A stretch of 63,981 nucleotides of DNA, counting the filler, from Octopus bimaculoides (Eukaryota), in the NCBI RefSeq assembly GCF_001194135.2. It is 5 parts of 5 records of this genome, joined end to end, with 100 filler letters (N's around TTAATTAATTAA, not from the genome) between each part and the next. Parts side by side here need not be neighbours in the genome. Positions count along the whole stretch, not along the records: positions 62,099 to 63,981 come from NW_026329890.1; 4 more parts are not named here. The stretch is one strand, 5' to 3'. The number at the start of each line of letters is the position of its first letter. Position 1 is the first letter of the stretch. This document shows, piece by piece, positions 62,169 through 63,981 of the stretch. The notes below the pieces were generated by a model, which was not told where the DNA came from, made no database searches, and saw only the letters and a program-made list of their open reading frames with translations. The position numbers and the translations under genes were made by a program.

Positions 62169-63981
62169 CTTTTATTAGCCACGAGGGCTTACATAAAATA
62201 GCATTAAATGACATGACACAGCATTAAAGACAACACAAAACGAGACAAAGGGTTTTCAGTGAGTAAACAATAAAAAGCAATAAAATTTAAACAACGTAAA
62301 CTCCCAAAAGAGAGCGGGTGCATTATAGGTCCTCGTGGAAAAACCCACAAAAGCCCTTCTCCTTTAAATTTTCACAGATGTACGCTCAGAATGGGTCCTT
62401 TCACAATGGCCATTCTTCCAACATTCACCCACCTTTCATCAAACTTGCTACAAGGCAACACTTCCTTCTCCACCCTCAACTTCCTTTTCAAGTGAAACTT
62501 GATAAACTTGATGAGGGCTTGGCCAAAGAGAAAAGTGCCTGACTTCAGCACTTTTAAAAGTATCCACCATACTACGTCTTTCACTACAGTCACATGACAA
62601 ATAAAAGTTGCCTGCCCCTCCCGGCCAAAGGAGGACGGCGGGGCAATCTTCACTGTGGATTCAGCAGATAACCGGATCCACCCTACACGCAACAGCAGGT
62701 ATTCGACATAAACCCACTGGTCAGCAATACTCGGGCATTAGACTAGGGCGTGCAGAACGGTTTCATCGCTCTGCTCACAGCTTGGGCAGGCCCGGCTGAC
62801 GGCAATTCCGTGCCTGTAGAGTTTATCCCGAACAGGCAGTGGCCCTCGGTAGCACTGCTAGGCAAAGGATTTCTGGAAGTTATCCGTAGGCCCAGGCACG
62901 AATGTTCTCCGAAACAGGCTGGTTAGTTGATCCTCATCGGTGCCCAGAGTTTCACCGAGGACGTTGTCGCACTTTCCCTCCAATAGCCCTCTATAGATCG
63001 CTAGATTGGAACTATCACCGACCGCATTGCCCGCCTGGAGGAAAGCTGTGAGCGCTTGGCGGCACTCGAATTTCAAACATCCCTCCTCGGTCTACGCCTA
63101 ATCCAGAAGTGAAAGAGACGAAAAATGAGTCTGACAAACGGCGACGACACCTGCTCACCGTCAAGGAAACGCTGAAGATGTCGTAACCTGAATGCATGTC
63201 TGCGCATCAGCAACCACGGTATGTCCAGCTCTTCATTCAGCGGCTGTTGACAGCAGATGGAGCGCCTGACCAGTGGAAAGCGACACTTCCACAGAAAGCG
63301 AAAGAGTAAGCGCACCAGCTTGGTCAACCAGCAAACGTAGCAAGGGACGACGGTCAAGCTGTAATAGATGATGGATGCGATGTACGTATTCACCACCTCG
63401 GCTCGACCTTTTAGGGACAGCTTCCTCTCGGCCGATTTCTGGATGAGATTGGCTACCCTGCTCGTCCCAATTTTTCGCCAAACCAGACTCCGAGCAATTT
63501 AACCGGACCGTCTATCCAGCGCCCCACGGCATGGACTTGCTTTCCAGGTACCTAGCTGCAAGGCCACTAACTTTTCCGCGTTAATTTTTACTCCTGCCAC
63601 CATTCTCGTAGTGTGTCGTTAATCAGGTCATATGCCTTTGACTCAACACTATGACGGTGATATTGTCAGCATAAGCAGAAACACTTCTCCCTCATCCTAG
63701 ATCCCGCGGAACACCCCTCAAAGCCCCCAGCTTCCGCAGTAATGGCTCGAGTGTCAGTACATACAGAAAAGAGGAGTGAGGGCCCCTTTGACGGACCGGA
63801 CGCAAATTGCTGAATGGTTCCGACAGGTGACCATTCACCCAAACAGCCGAACAGATGCCGCTGGACAAAGCAGCGATCCAACCGCGGAAAACTGAACTGA
63901 AACCGGTTGCCTTGTGGACAGCTGCCAGGTATTGATGGTCGACCCTCTCAAAGGCCTTAGACTGATCTAAACTGATCAGAT
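62169..63981 (-). mobile_element. Tx1/L1-clade non-LTR retrotransposon, ORF2 3' half (degenerate), continues past window end
   Basis: LDQSKAFERVDH, VSAYADN (YADD), LSLKGRAEVVN, LLFRFLWK and CPSCEQSDETVLH (zf-RVT-type) motifs; AATAAA then (ATT)n tail at 62147-62168. Confidence 0.9.

Overview
AT-rich, microsatellite- and SINE-dense animal genomic DNA, probably an octopus (inferred from repeat families and composition), with many N gaps. I rebuilt two spliced minus-strand genes by hand from GT-AG boundaries and intron-phase continuity. (1) 23 consecutive coding exons of huntingtin (HTT) at 24917->415; the roughly 400 N-terminal aa are not in the window and the gene continues past base 1. (2) A complete 9-exon, 511-aa gene at 43814->29475 that I cannot name. 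Its predicted topology is 7 TM helices with a long TM4-TM5 loop and a C-terminus resembling plant DUF3537 and insect gustatory/odorant receptors, so it is a candidate 7TM ion-channel (GRL-like) chemoreceptor-superfamily member. It lies either inside an HTT intron or across an unsized scaffold join. Two hammerhead-ribozyme-like motifs of the Penelope type are also present: a minimal one, sense to the HTT pre-mRNA, and one with a ~90-nt stem II. The rest is mobile DNA: Gypsy integrase plus LTR, RTE, CR1/Jockey-like and Tx1-like LINEs, a Tc1/mariner relic, MITEs and several SINE families. No CRISPR array, rRNA or true tRNA is supported. All protein-family calls come from recalled motifs, not database searches.
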